Assembly: GCA_902826795.1 (NCBI GenBank)
Contig: CADEGD010000004.1
Location: forward strand, 94,155-158,154
Source of the DNA: an uncultured Acidobacteriota bacterium
GTDB taxonomy: Bacteria; Acidobacteriota; Blastocatellia; Pyrinomonadales; Pyrinomonadaceae
DNA: 64,000 nt
Reading direction: 5' to 3'
Shown piece after piece: positions 37,504 through 46,243 of this stretch. The notes below the pieces were generated by a model. It was not told the DNA's origin. It did no database searches and saw only the letters and a list, made by a program, of their open reading frames with translations. Numbering within the stretch: position 1 is the stretch's first letter; every line of letters begins with the position of its first letter. The translations under genes and the position numbers were made by a program.

Positions 37504-38133
37504 TCAGAGGTCGACTCGAACTAGGCCGCGTTTGATCGCGGTCGTTGCGGCCGATGTTCGATCGGAAACGCCGATCTTGCCGAAAATGTTTTGATTGTGA
37601 GTTTTAACGGTATTCTCTGAGACGTCGAGAGCAAACGCGATCTCCTTGTTCGACATTCCGCCGACTATCATGCGGAGAACAGTCTCTTCGGTTTGTGTTA
37701 ATTCTTCTTTGCCGATGTTCTCGCTCAAGATCTGAGCAATGTCGGCAGGAATGTATTTCTTTCCGGTGGCAACTGTTCTTATCGCTTTAAGCAATTCATC
37801 CCGTTCTACATCCTTGCAAATGTATCCCGCCGCACCTTTCTTCAACGCCCGTGAGATCTCCGCGTCACCTGCATGTTCGGCGAGGACGATGATCTTTGCC
37901 TTCGGATCGGCTTTGAAATAGTTCTCTAGGTCGTCGATCGAACAGGAATCGGGAAATCGCAATCCGAGGATCGTTACGTCGGGGCGAAGTTCAAGAAATC
38001 GGGAGAAACCTTCGGAGGCATTGTCGGCCTCGCCGACAAGCTCGATGTCGCTCTCGCCGGCGATCACGGTTCGCACGCCAATTCGTGTGAGCGGCTGGTT
38101 TTCGATGAGCAGGACTTTGGCGAAATCGGGCAT
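37504..38133 (-). CDS. LuxR/NarL-family response regulator with degenerate receiver
   Basis: 209 aa with C-terminal LuxR HTH (LTQTEETVLRMIVGGMSNKEIAFALDVSENTVKTH). The receiver has EN in place of the DD pair and G at the phospho-Asp position (TILGLRFP). Confidence 0.85.
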   Translation of the reverse strand: MPDFAKVLLIENQPLTRIGVRTVIAGESDIELVGEADNASEGFSRFLELRPDVTILGLRFPDSCSIDDLENYFKADPKAKIIVLAEHAGDAEISRALKKGAAGYICKDVERDELLKAIRTVATGKKYIPADIAQILSENIGKEELTQTEETVLRMIVGGMSNKEIAFALDVSENTVKTHNQNIFGKIGVSDRTSAATTAIKRGLVRVDL

Positions 38134-38136
38134 CTT

Positions 38137-38499
38137 TTACCTGCGTTCCATACGCCATCGCAAAAGCCCGCCAACGAACGACAGCGGTCCAAAAAGGAAC
38201 GTGGCAGCAAGCTGGGTGTAATGATTCCCAGGCGATTTGAGCAGCGAAAATGCAGCAAATGACATGGTTATAAACAACACGGCGTAGTTGGCGGTCAGGT
38301 TACCCTTCGGCGCGATCAACTTTGCAACATAGCCACCTATGAAAGCGAAGATCGCTCCGCAAACGATGACCAGAGCGATAGTTTCCGGACCCGCGTCGGC
38401 GTGCGGGTCAATACCGCTAAAATGAAACAGTAAGATCGAGCCGATGGCAAATATAGCGTATCCCGCGATTCCGCCTAAAAAAATCCTTAAAAAAATCAT
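38137..38499 (-). CDS. small integral membrane protein
   Basis: 120 aa with four predicted hydrophobic helices. Its ATG lies 1 nt after the alaS-fragment stop. Confidence 0.6.
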   Translation of the reverse strand: MIFLRIFLGGIAGYAIFAIGSILLFHFSGIDPHADAGPETIALVIVCGAIFAFIGGYVAKLIAPKGNLTANYAVLFITMSFAAFSLLKSPGNHYTQLAATFLFGPLSFVGGLLRWRMERR

Positions 38500-38500
38500 T

Positions 38501-39325
38501 TTACTTTCCCGACAAACCCGCGGCGAACTCGACCAACGGCTTGATCAAGTCGGTTTCGTAATTCGTTTTTACGTGCTGCATTACGGCTGCCATTCTTTCC
38601 AGGCCCATGCCGGTGTCTACCGACGGAGCCGGCAGCGGCGTCAGCTTAAAGGTGCCATCGGCCTCAAGTGTACGGTTGTATTGCATGAAAACGAGGTTCC
38701 AAATCTCCATCGTGGTATCACCCGGTCCGTTCACCCAATGCGGCGAATTCTTCCCGGGATCTTCAGGGTTCTCACCCATGTAGTAATGGATCTCGGAACA
38801 CGGCCCGCAAGGTCCGGTGTCGCCCATCTGCCAGAAATTATCCTTCCGGCCAAAGCCGAGAACGCGCTCAGGATTGGCTCCGACCTTTACCCAAAGTTCC
38901 CGCGCCTCATCGTCAGGCCCGACTTCGCCGTCACCTTCGAATACCGAAAACCACAACCGCTCCGTGTCGAGCTTAAATTCGTTTACGAGCAGATCCCAGG
39001 CATACTTGATCGCGTCTTCCTTAAAGTAATCGCCGAACGAAAAATTACCTAACATTTCAAAGAACGTGTGGTGCCGAGCCGTCTTTCCTACCTCGTCGAG
39101 ATCGTTGTGCTTGCCACCCGCCCTGATGCATTTTTGCGACGTAGCCGCGCGCCTATAATCACGTTTCTCGATGCCCAAAAACACGTCTTTGAACTGGTTC
39201 ATTCCCGCGTTCGTGAATAGCAAAGTAGGGTCGTTTGCGGGCAATAGCGGCGAAGAATGAACGATCTTGTGTCCGTTACGTTCAAAATACTTTAAGAAGG
39301 TTTCCCTGATCTCGTTACCGGTCAT
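38501..39325 (-). CDS. alaS: alanine--tRNA ligase, catalytic-core-only ORF (truncated after motif 3)
   Basis: 274 aa from ATG 39325. Canonical AlaRS N-terminus: [72 protein letters not shown]. It stops about 20 aa later. Full-length AlaRS is about 870-900 aa. Confidence 0.85.
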   Translation of the reverse strand: MTGNEIRETFLKYFERNGHKIVHSSPLLPANDPTLLFTNAGMNQFKDVFLGIEKRDYRRAATSQKCIRAGGKHNDLDEVGKTARHHTFFEMLGNFSFGDYFKEDAIKYAWDLLVNEFKLDTERLWFSVFEGDGEVGPDDEARELWVKVGANPERVLGFGRKDNFWQMGDTGPCGPCSEIHYYMGENPEDPGKNSPHWVNGPGDTTMEIWNLVFMQYNRTLEADGTFKLTPLPAPSVDTGMGLERMAAVMQHVKTNYETDLIKPLVEFAAGLSGK

Positions 39326-39403
39326 AAAGTGCGATTTTATCACAGCGAGACACAAAAAAAGGACGGCCGATCACGACCGTCCTCAAAGGAGAAACACGTA
39401 AAA

Positions 39404-39967
39404 CTACTTCGATGGACGAAACTTTAGTGAAACCGAGTTGATGCAGTATCGAAGTCCCGTTGGTTCAGGGCCGTCGTCAAACACATGTCCAAGATGCCCG
39501 CCGCATCGGTTGCAGTGAACTTCGGTCCGCACATCGGACGGGATGCTTTTGTCCTCCATCTCGCCAACGTGCTTCTTATCAATCGGCTGATAAAACGAAG
39601 GCCAGCCTGTTTCCGAATCGTACTTGTGCTTTGAGCTGAATACGGCGAGCCCGCAAGCGTTGCAGTAGTAAGTACCCTCAGCCTTGTTATCAGTTAACTC
39701 TCCTGTGTAAGCCTGCTGCGTGCCTTGTTTGCGGAGAACGTAGAACTCAAGCTCGGTTAGCTCCGTTTTCCAGATCGCGTCCGTCTTATTTATTTTCGCG
39801 CCGTCCCATGTATCGATAAAACTCAAGTTCCTCTTTGCCGAAGCAGCTTTCGGCGTGGGCAAAGCGGCTACTGAGTCCGCTCTCTCCGCTAAAACCCGAC
39901 CGCTACTGCCAGCAATGATCGACAAACTAATGATCCCTAAAAGAGCTAATGCAAGGTTCAATTTCAT
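39404..39967 (-). CDS. msrB: peptide-methionine (R)-S-oxide reductase, secreted form
   Basis: 187 aa from ATG 39967, with a signal peptide. SelR motifs YYCNACG, HCNRCGGHLGHVF and RYCINS. Confidence 0.9.
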   Translation of the reverse strand: MKLNLALALLGIISLSIIAGSSGRVLAERADSVAALPTPKAASAKRNLSFIDTWDGAKINKTDAIWKTELTELEFYVLRKQGTQQAYTGELTDNKAEGTYYCNACGLAVFSSKHKYDSETGWPSFYQPIDKKHVGEMEDKSIPSDVRTEVHCNRCGGHLGHVFDDGPEPTGLRYCINSVSLKFRPSK

Positions 39968-40091
39968 GACAATCTCCGACGGCGATATGCCGCATTTATC
40001 TAAAATTATTCCAAAGAAGAAGGGCTGGCGATCGAACGGGCTTACGCCAATGCAGTTCGATCTCTCCAAGCCCTCTTTATGACCAGTTAAC

Positions 40092-40658
40092 TTAGTTGGG
40101 AAGCAGGACTGAGTCAACTACGTGAATAACGCCGTTCGACTGTTTTACGTCGGCGATCGTAACCATCGACTTGCCGCCCTTCTCATCCATCACTACTACC
40201 TTGTCGCCTTCGAGCATCGCGGTGAGCTTTCCGCCCGCTACTGTCGTGAATTCGGCCTTCCCGTTACCCTTCTTGATGGCCTTTACGATATCCTTCGCCC
40301 CGTTGTTGCCGGCTACGACGTGATACGTAAGGATCTTGGTGAGCGTTGCTTTGTTTTCCGGCTTGAGAAGCGTTTCGACCGTGCCCGCGGGCAGTTTATC
40401 GAATGCACTGTTTACCGGGGCAAATACCGTAAACGGACCCTTGCCCGAAAGCGTTTCGACCAAACCAGCGGCTTTTACGGCTGCTACCAACGTCGTATGG
40501 TCTGCCGAGTTGACGGCATTCTCGACAATGTTCTTGTTCTTATACATCGCAGCGCCGCCAACCATAGGGTTGTCACCACCGCTCATTTGAGCTGAAACCG
40601 TTGAAGAAGCGGTCGCAAGTAACGCGAACGCAAAGAAACTAAAGAGTACTTTTTTCAT
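40092..40658 (-). CDS. fasciclin (FAS1) domain protein
   Basis: 188 aa with a signal peptide. TVFAPVNSAF, LTYHVV and VIHVVDSVLLP motifs. Confidence 0.85.
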   Translation of the reverse strand: MKKVLFSFFAFALLATASSTVSAQMSGGDNPMVGGAAMYKNKNIVENAVNSADHTTLVAAVKAAGLVETLSGKGPFTVFAPVNSAFDKLPAGTVETLLKPENKATLTKILTYHVVAGNNGAKDIVKAIKKGNGKAEFTTVAGGKLTAMLEGDKVVVMDEKGGKSMVTIADVKQSNGVIHVVDSVLLPN

Positions 40659-40752
40659 AACATCTCCCGTAGATCGTTCAAAATTTTCTTAACGAAGGAC
40701 GTTTTGCCCTATGTTTTAGGTTTCGCGGAGGGTTTTGGTTCGGATTCAGAAA

Positions 40753-41103
40753 TTATTGGTCCACTAACTCTTCGATAACTGAATAACCGGAGGAATTGTC
40801 CCCGCACGTCCACTGCCACTCCTCGTTCAGTCTTAGGCGGCCATCGGGAAGCCGTTCGGGAAAAGACCTGCAAATGCCGGTCATCAGTTGGCCTCCGCGA
40901 TTGATGTGCTGGTAACGCATGTCAAGAGAATCGTCAGGCAGCACGTTGGCGATCAGCGTTCCGCGGACGATCTCGCCGCCCGAATACTCGGCCCACACGA
41001 CGTTGTCGTCTTGATGATAGTGAAAGACCGTGTCACCGCCGACCTCGCCGTTATCGGAATTTGATATGGAACGAAAATTTCTACCGTCGTATGAAACGCT
41101 CAT
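40753..41103 (-). CDS. conserved small hypothetical protein
   Basis: 116 aa. Resembles a widespread ~115-aa family (..FRSISNSDNGEV..F.Y.Q....AEYSGG..) that is often mis-annotated. Confidence 0.5.
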   Translation of the reverse strand: MSVSYDGRNFRSISNSDNGEVGGDTVFHYHQDDNVVWAEYSGGEIVRGTLIANVLPDDSLDMRYQHINRGGQLMTGICRSFPERLPDGRLRLNEEWQWTCGDNSSGYSVIEELVDQ

Positions 41104-41142
41104 CGCCTCAAATTTTTTGGAGAAATGCGGCTTGTGCAGCCG

Positions 41143-42373
41143 TCACTTTTCTACCTCAAATTTGCCGTCTTTCCAAACAAGGGCGTAAAGCCGCGGACCG
41201 TACTCGCTTTCTTGCTCAGCGTTGGTTTTCTTTCCTCGAACCTCAATCGTGGTGTCATACCTGCCAGGCTCGTAGTTGTTCTCAGGGTCAAACTTCGGCA
41301 CGACCGTACCAGAAATATCTACCCATTTTCCGTCCCTCTTTTCCAGAAATCTGATCGCTTCGTCAGCCTCCTTTAGCGAAGAAACCGAGACCACATGCGT
41401 GCCGCCGTAGCGGCGGTAAAGGTTGAGTCGAATAATAGGATCGCGTCCACCATCACCAACGCTGAAGTGAGTCGGCTCATCGACGACGGCATACTCTTTC
41501 AGATATTGAGCACGATACTTAAGGCATTCGGCGTCGTCTTGGCTGCCGGGTTCACATCCTTCGAAGCGCAGATATTTTGCGGGCACGGTCATATAAGCAT
41601 CCATCAGAAGACTGCGGTTTTGATCCTGCCGATCAACGTAATTGACCGAGTTCTGCCACCGGCGTTTAACCAGCCTCTTGGTCGTCACTTTAACTTTGCT
41701 TTCGCCGGTTGAATCGACTTCTTCGGAAATGATCTTTACAGGCTTTCCGTCAACCACCTCGTATTCATCCGTGACGTGGAAACAGCATCCGCTTTTGTCA
41801 AAAACACGCAATCGCTTTGCGGCCCGATCTACCTCAAATCCGAGGTGCCTGCCCAGCTCCGTAAACGCCTCGCTGAATACGAATTTTTTTCGGCTCGCGA
41901 CGATAAATACATTCGATATGAAGGAGTGCCGTATGAGCCGTTTTGCCCGTCCGAAACGGAAACATCCTCCATACCGTCAAAATTCAAGTCGTCGATAACG
42001 ACAATTCGATACCGATCTCGTGAGGTATCCTCATGAATGTACGGACTGCCGTCGCTTGTGAGATCGAAGTATGAGTCTTCGTGCTCAATCGTCTGGTAAG
42101 GGGCCGTCTCTCCTTTCCTAAAAAATCGAACTATGCCTTGCCTGAGCATTTTGACCCATCGCACGCCGCGACAGTTATTCGAACGTCAAAATACTTCGAT
42201 GCGTCGTTAACCTCGAAAACCTCCCCGCTGGGGTTTGAAGGGGTTTCCGATGATGTATGTGAGCCACTGCTGTTCGGGGCGATCTCATTTACTGATGCTC
42301 GATCCGTCGAGCAAGAGCTCAACAATAAGATCGAGAAGGATAAAATGACGGTAAAGAATAACAAGTCTTTCAT
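41143..42373 (-). pseudogene. FG-GAP / XAC2610-like lipoprotein gene broken by two frameshifts
   Basis: Three consecutive minus-strand ORFs read as one protein. The first has lipobox LLLSSC. The second has the Ca-loop DLNFDGMED. The third has ..FVFSEAFTELGRHLGFEVDRAAKRLRVFDKSGCCFH.. Frames switch at a T7 run (41884-41890) and near 42131-42140. Confidence 0.5.
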
Positions 42374-42520
42374 GTCCAAGCTCCTGTTTACCCGATGGGT
42401 GTTGTGCGAAATGGCATTCGCCGCAATTAAGCTGTGCTTGGGGGGAGCAGACCGAGGACGACCGAATAAAATTATGACGAAACGGAGGCGTTTCTTTGCG
42501 ATCCAACTCGAAAAGTCTAG

Positions 42521-43105
42521 CTAACTCTCATGCTCCATTCTCACCGAGAGTGACCTCATTCGCTGTCCGATCAACTCGTAATCGAAGCCCTGCCGGAGTA
42601 AATGATCGAAGAACTTTTTCTTATCCGCGAGTGTTTCCGGTTTACCTTTCGATCGTAACCGCTTCTCGATCGCCCGGTCGATAAGCTCGGACTCGGGTAA
42701 CTTCTCAAACGCCGATTTGATCGCAGTGTCTACATTTTCCTTGCTCAGCTTCTTTTGCGACAACGACTGCAAAAGGCGGCGCTTGCCTTGAGGTTTTTGA
42801 CGCAACTTCGAAACCGCAAGATCGGCGGCGAACTGTTGATCGTCCAGATACTTATACTCTTCCAGTTTTCCGATCACTCGATCGACGATCTCCGCGTTGG
42901 TCCAGTTCTTTTCAAGCAGCCGCTCTCGAAGTTCGCCGACCGACCGCGGCTTTGCGGCGAGCAGTTTGACGGCGCGGTTCATGGTCCGCTCGCGTGCTCT
43001 TTCGACGTCAACTATGACCCGTTCTTCTTCTGGCTTCGATACCAACCGTTTCCGCCACATTACTTTCAATTCTACATTGGTCAATGCCTGCTTCTCCCGA
43101 TTCAA
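42521..43105 (-). CDS. recX: recombination regulator RecX
   Basis: 194 aa, start uncertain (TTG 43105, or ATG 43060). RecX-like helical repeats (RSVGELRERLLEK..., LDDQQFA, FDHLLRQGFDYELI). Confidence 0.75.
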   Translation of the reverse strand: MNREKQALTNVELKVMWRKRLVSKPEEERVIVDVERARERTMNRAVKLLAAKPRSVGELRERLLEKNWTNAEIVDRVIGKLEEYKYLDDQQFAADLAVSKLRQKPQGKRRLLQSLSQKKLSKENVDTAIKSAFEKLPESELIDRAIEKRLRSKGKPETLADKKKFFDHLLRQGFDYELIGQRMRSLSVRMEHES

Positions 43106-43143
43106 TTAAGAATTGAGAATGTAGAATGTAGAATTACGATCCA

Positions 43144-44031
43144 ATGGACGGACTTTTAATCATCGATAAGCCCGCCGGCATCACTTCTCACGACGTTGTC
43201 GCTTGGGTTCGCCGCGCATTAAAGACTAAACGCGTCGGGCACACCGGAACGCTCGATCCGTTCGCAACCGGCGTGATGGTTGTGCTTGTGGGCAAGGCAA
43301 CGCGGCTGGCGCAGTTTCTGGATAAAGATGAAAAGGAGTATGAGGCCCTTTGTCAGTTCGGGTTTGAAACCGACACAGGTGACAAGTCCGGTAAGCAGAA
43401 GGCAGAAGGGGGAATGGGGAACGAAAAGATCGCCGAAACGCTTGAAAACACTGATTGGGAAGCAATACTTCAAGGGTTTCGCGGTGAGATTCAGCAAACG
43501 CCGCCGATGTATTCGGCAAAGAAGGTGGAAGGTAAGAAGCTCTACGAGCTCGCGCGTCAAGGAATCGAAATCGAGAGGAAAGTCGTAACCATAAACGTTC
43601 GAGAGCTGGAGATCATTGCGTCCGGATGTGTACCCACGTCTAATCGCCGAATTAGAGTTGTGTGTTCGGCGGGTACATACATTCGCACGCTTGCCGAGGA
43701 CATCGGCCGCGAGATCGGTGTTGGCGCCCATCTTACCGAACTTCGACGCATTCGATCGGGTCGTTTTGGTATCGACGAAGCTGTCAGCTTAGACGCAATT
43801 ACCGATAACGACCTGAGGCCGATGGAGCTAGCCGTAGATCACTTGCCGCATTTCGTCCTTCGCGAAGATCGTGTGGCGAAGACGCTTAACGGAATGTCTA
43901 CGCGAGACCTATCGGGAGCTTTCACCGACGGCCAGCAGATCAGAATGAATTCGCCGGACGGTGACCTGATCGCGATCGGCGTTTTTGACGACACCGAGAA
44001 AGTGGTGCAGCCAAAAGTTGTTTTGGGCTAG
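43144..44031 (+). CDS. truB: tRNA pseudouridine(55) synthase
   Basis: 295 aa. GLLIIDKPAGITSHDVV, catalytic GHTGTLDPFATG, and YSAKKVEGKKLYELAR. Confidence 0.95.
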   Translation: MDGLLIIDKPAGITSHDVVAWVRRALKTKRVGHTGTLDPFATGVMVVLVGKATRLAQFLDKDEKEYEALCQFGFETDTGDKSGKQKAEGGMGNEKIAETLENTDWEAILQGFRGEIQQTPPMYSAKKVEGKKLYELARQGIEIERKVVTINVRELEIIASGCVPTSNRRIRVVCSAGTYIRTLAEDIGREIGVGAHLTELRRIRSGRFGIDEAVSLDAITDNDLRPMELAVDHLPHFVLREDRVAKTLNGMSTRDLSGAFTDGQQIRMNSPDGDLIAIGVFDDTEKVVQPKVVLG

Positions 44032-44046
44032 AATAGGCGGGAAACG

Positions 44047-45048
44047 ATGAAGCTTAGAAATCTTGCATTAGGTTTAACCGGAGCTGTCGGCGCAGCCGTC
44101 GCCGTTAGGATGCTCACCCGGGCGGCGAGCGTCGATTGGGATGCCGTGTCGGACTCGGTTCATCACGCCGCCAACTCACATTTTGTCAGCGTTGACGGAG
44201 CCCGAATACATTTTCAGGAATTCGGAAGCGTAGGCGATCCGCCGCTTGTGCTTATCCACGGTTACACGGCTTCGACATACGCCTGGCGGTCGGTAGCACC
44301 GATGCTCGCAGACGCGGGTTTTCACGTAGTCGCACTCGATCTGCTCGGTTTCGGCTTTTCCGAAAAACCGCGTTGGTTCGATTATTCGATCGATTCGCAG
44401 GCACGAATGGTTTCGCGATTTCTTGATCGAATCGGAATAGGATGGGCGGTCGTGATCGGCAGTTCGTACGGTGGTGCCGTGGCCGCAACGCTCGCGTTGG
44501 ATTACAGCGAACGCGTTGAGAAGCTCATTCTCGTAAACGCCGTCGCAAACGATAACGTAAAAAATCATCCGATCCTTCGCATTTGCTCTGTGCCCGTTGT
44601 CGGTGAAGCTGTCGCGCCTTTCCTTGCCGACACGAAAGCGTTTCATCGACATAGAATGCATAAGACTCTGTCGCCCGCGAACTACGGCCTGATCTCGCGA
44701 GATCGTGTCGATGCGATCGTGCGTCCGCTTGCGGCAGCTGATGCACATCGGGCGTTGCTGGCGACATCACGCAACTGGCACGCGAACCGGATCACGTATG
44801 ATGCGAACCTGATCAACCAGCCGACTCTGATCATCTGGGGCGAAGACGATAAGGTTATTCCACTGACCGATGGATACACGCTGCACGACCGCATCCTCCA
44901 TTCACGACTCGTGATCCTCAAACATTGCGGCCACGTACCGATGGAAGAAAAGAGCGAGCTGTTTACCGAATTGGTCACCGAATTTTGTCGCGATCGGAAA
45001 GGGCGGATCGGCGATTCCCACGGTGGCGAAGCTCGCATAGAGAATTAA
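44047..45048 (+). CDS. alpha/beta hydrolase
   Basis: 333 aa. HGYTAS oxyanion region, nucleophile elbow GSSYGG, and C-terminal CGHVPMEE. Confidence 0.85.
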   Translation: MKLRNLALGLTGAVGAAVAVRMLTRAASVDWDAVSDSVHHAANSHFVSVDGARIHFQEFGSVGDPPLVLIHGYTASTYAWRSVAPMLADAGFHVVALDLLGFGFSEKPRWFDYSIDSQARMVSRFLDRIGIGWAVVIGSSYGGAVAATLALDYSERVEKLILVNAVANDNVKNHPILRICSVPVVGEAVAPFLADTKAFHRHRMHKTLSPANYGLISRDRVDAIVRPLAAADAHRALLATSRNWHANRITYDANLINQPTLIIWGEDDKVIPLTDGYTLHDRILHSRLVILKHCGHVPMEEKSELFTELVTEFCRDRKGRIGDSHGGEARIEN

Positions 45049-45803
45049 TGCCAAGTCGTGACATTAGTTCTTCGACGCTGTACGGCAAGGGGGTATTCAC
45101 GACGATCACAGTTCGTGAAGGCCAGCCGGTTTTTTGGGATAAACATTGGAGAAGGCTTGAAGGGAACGCCGATGCATTAGGCATAGACCTTACCGGCCAT
45201 ACCGACGGTTCAACGTTCCAAGTTCTCGAAGGCGAAATTGACGCCGTCGGAATAGTTGACGGCAGGGCCCGCGTTACGTTCTCTGATGAATCTTCGAGCC
45301 GCATCTGGTCGAACGAAACTGGGAGGACAAAAACGAGTATCTCGATCGTCGCCGCGCCGAGCCGATCGGTTCCCGAAAACTTCAAACTTACGATATCGCC
45401 GCACCGCGTAAATACAACCTCGCCGCTAGTCGGGATAAAGTCTTGCAACTATCTCGAACATCTGCTGGCACACGAAGAGGCAATGAAACGCGGTTTTCAC
45501 GAGGCTGTCAGGCTTAACGAAGACGGTATGATAGTTTCAGCATGTATGGCCAATTTATTCTGGGAGAAGGGTGGCAACCTCTATACTCCTAGCGTCAGAA
45601 CCGGCTGCATGCCGGGAACGACTCGGGAACACATTCTTGAAAATATTGTTTGCGATGAAGTCGAATCGGGTCTGAAAAGTCTCGAGAATGCTGACTGGAT
45701 ATTTCTCACATCAGCCGGTATCGGCATCGTGTCCGTCGCTGAATTCAACGGCCGACCGCTCGCCACCGCGAGCCATCCGCTGTCAAGACCGCTGCCGTTC
45801 TGA
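45048..45803 (+). CDS. class IV aminotransferase / aminodeoxychorismate-lyase-like
   Basis: 251 aa from ATG 45048, which overlaps the upstream stop (TAATG). LYGKGVFTTITV...HWRRL start. Confidence 0.75.
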   Translation: MPSRDISSSTLYGKGVFTTITVREGQPVFWDKHWRRLEGNADALGIDLTGHTDGSTFQVLEGEIDAVGIVDGRARVTFSDESSSRIWSNETGRTKTSISIVAAPSRSVPENFKLTISPHRVNTTSPLVGIKSCNYLEHLLAHEEAMKRGFHEAVRLNEDGMIVSACMANLFWEKGGNLYTPSVRTGCMPGTTREHILENIVCDEVESGLKSLENADWIFLTSAGIGIVSVAEFNGRPLATASHPLSRPLPF

Positions 45804-45924
45804 CTATCCACTTGTCGCTACCCGCTACTCACCGAAGATAACCACCTGATCCATTTCGTTGGGTAGTAAAAAGGGCGCAAAAAACACGAACGCCCAGCGG
45901 CATTCGTGCCATTAAACCTGAACT

Positions 45925-45942
45925 GCGGACAGGAATGTCCGC
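45925..45942. terminator. hairpin between convergent genes
   Basis: GCGGACA-GGAA-TGTCCGC. Confidence 0.45.
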
Positions 45943-45948
45943 GATCCA

Positions 45949-46143
45949 CTAGGCTGCGGTTTCGAAAAGGGCGAGTATCTGTTTACCTTCGTTAGAGCGG
46001 GGATCGATAGTACGCAGGTGCTTTTGACCCTGCATTTCCCAGATCGCCGTGACGCTGCCGTCTTTCTCTACTGCCTGATAATGTATCTCGTCGTGGCCTG
46101 ACTCTTCCGGAGCTTCAGCCGCTTTCACTGCTTCTTCTGACAT
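45949..46143 (-). CDS. small acidic hypothetical protein (64 aa)
   Basis: ATG start, GGAGA about 16 nt upstream, terminator hairpin just downstream. Confidence 0.4.
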   Translation of the reverse strand: MSEEAVKAAEAPEESGHDEIHYQAVEKDGSVTAIWEMQGQKHLRTIDPRSNEGKQILALFETAA

Positions 46144-46243
46144 CTAACTGGTTGTTAATTCTCCTGTGGCTCTATTTTGATAGTAAAGTGTTAAAGAAAC
46201 AAGAATTCTTGCACACCTCACGGAAAATTGTCGAGCCTTAAGT

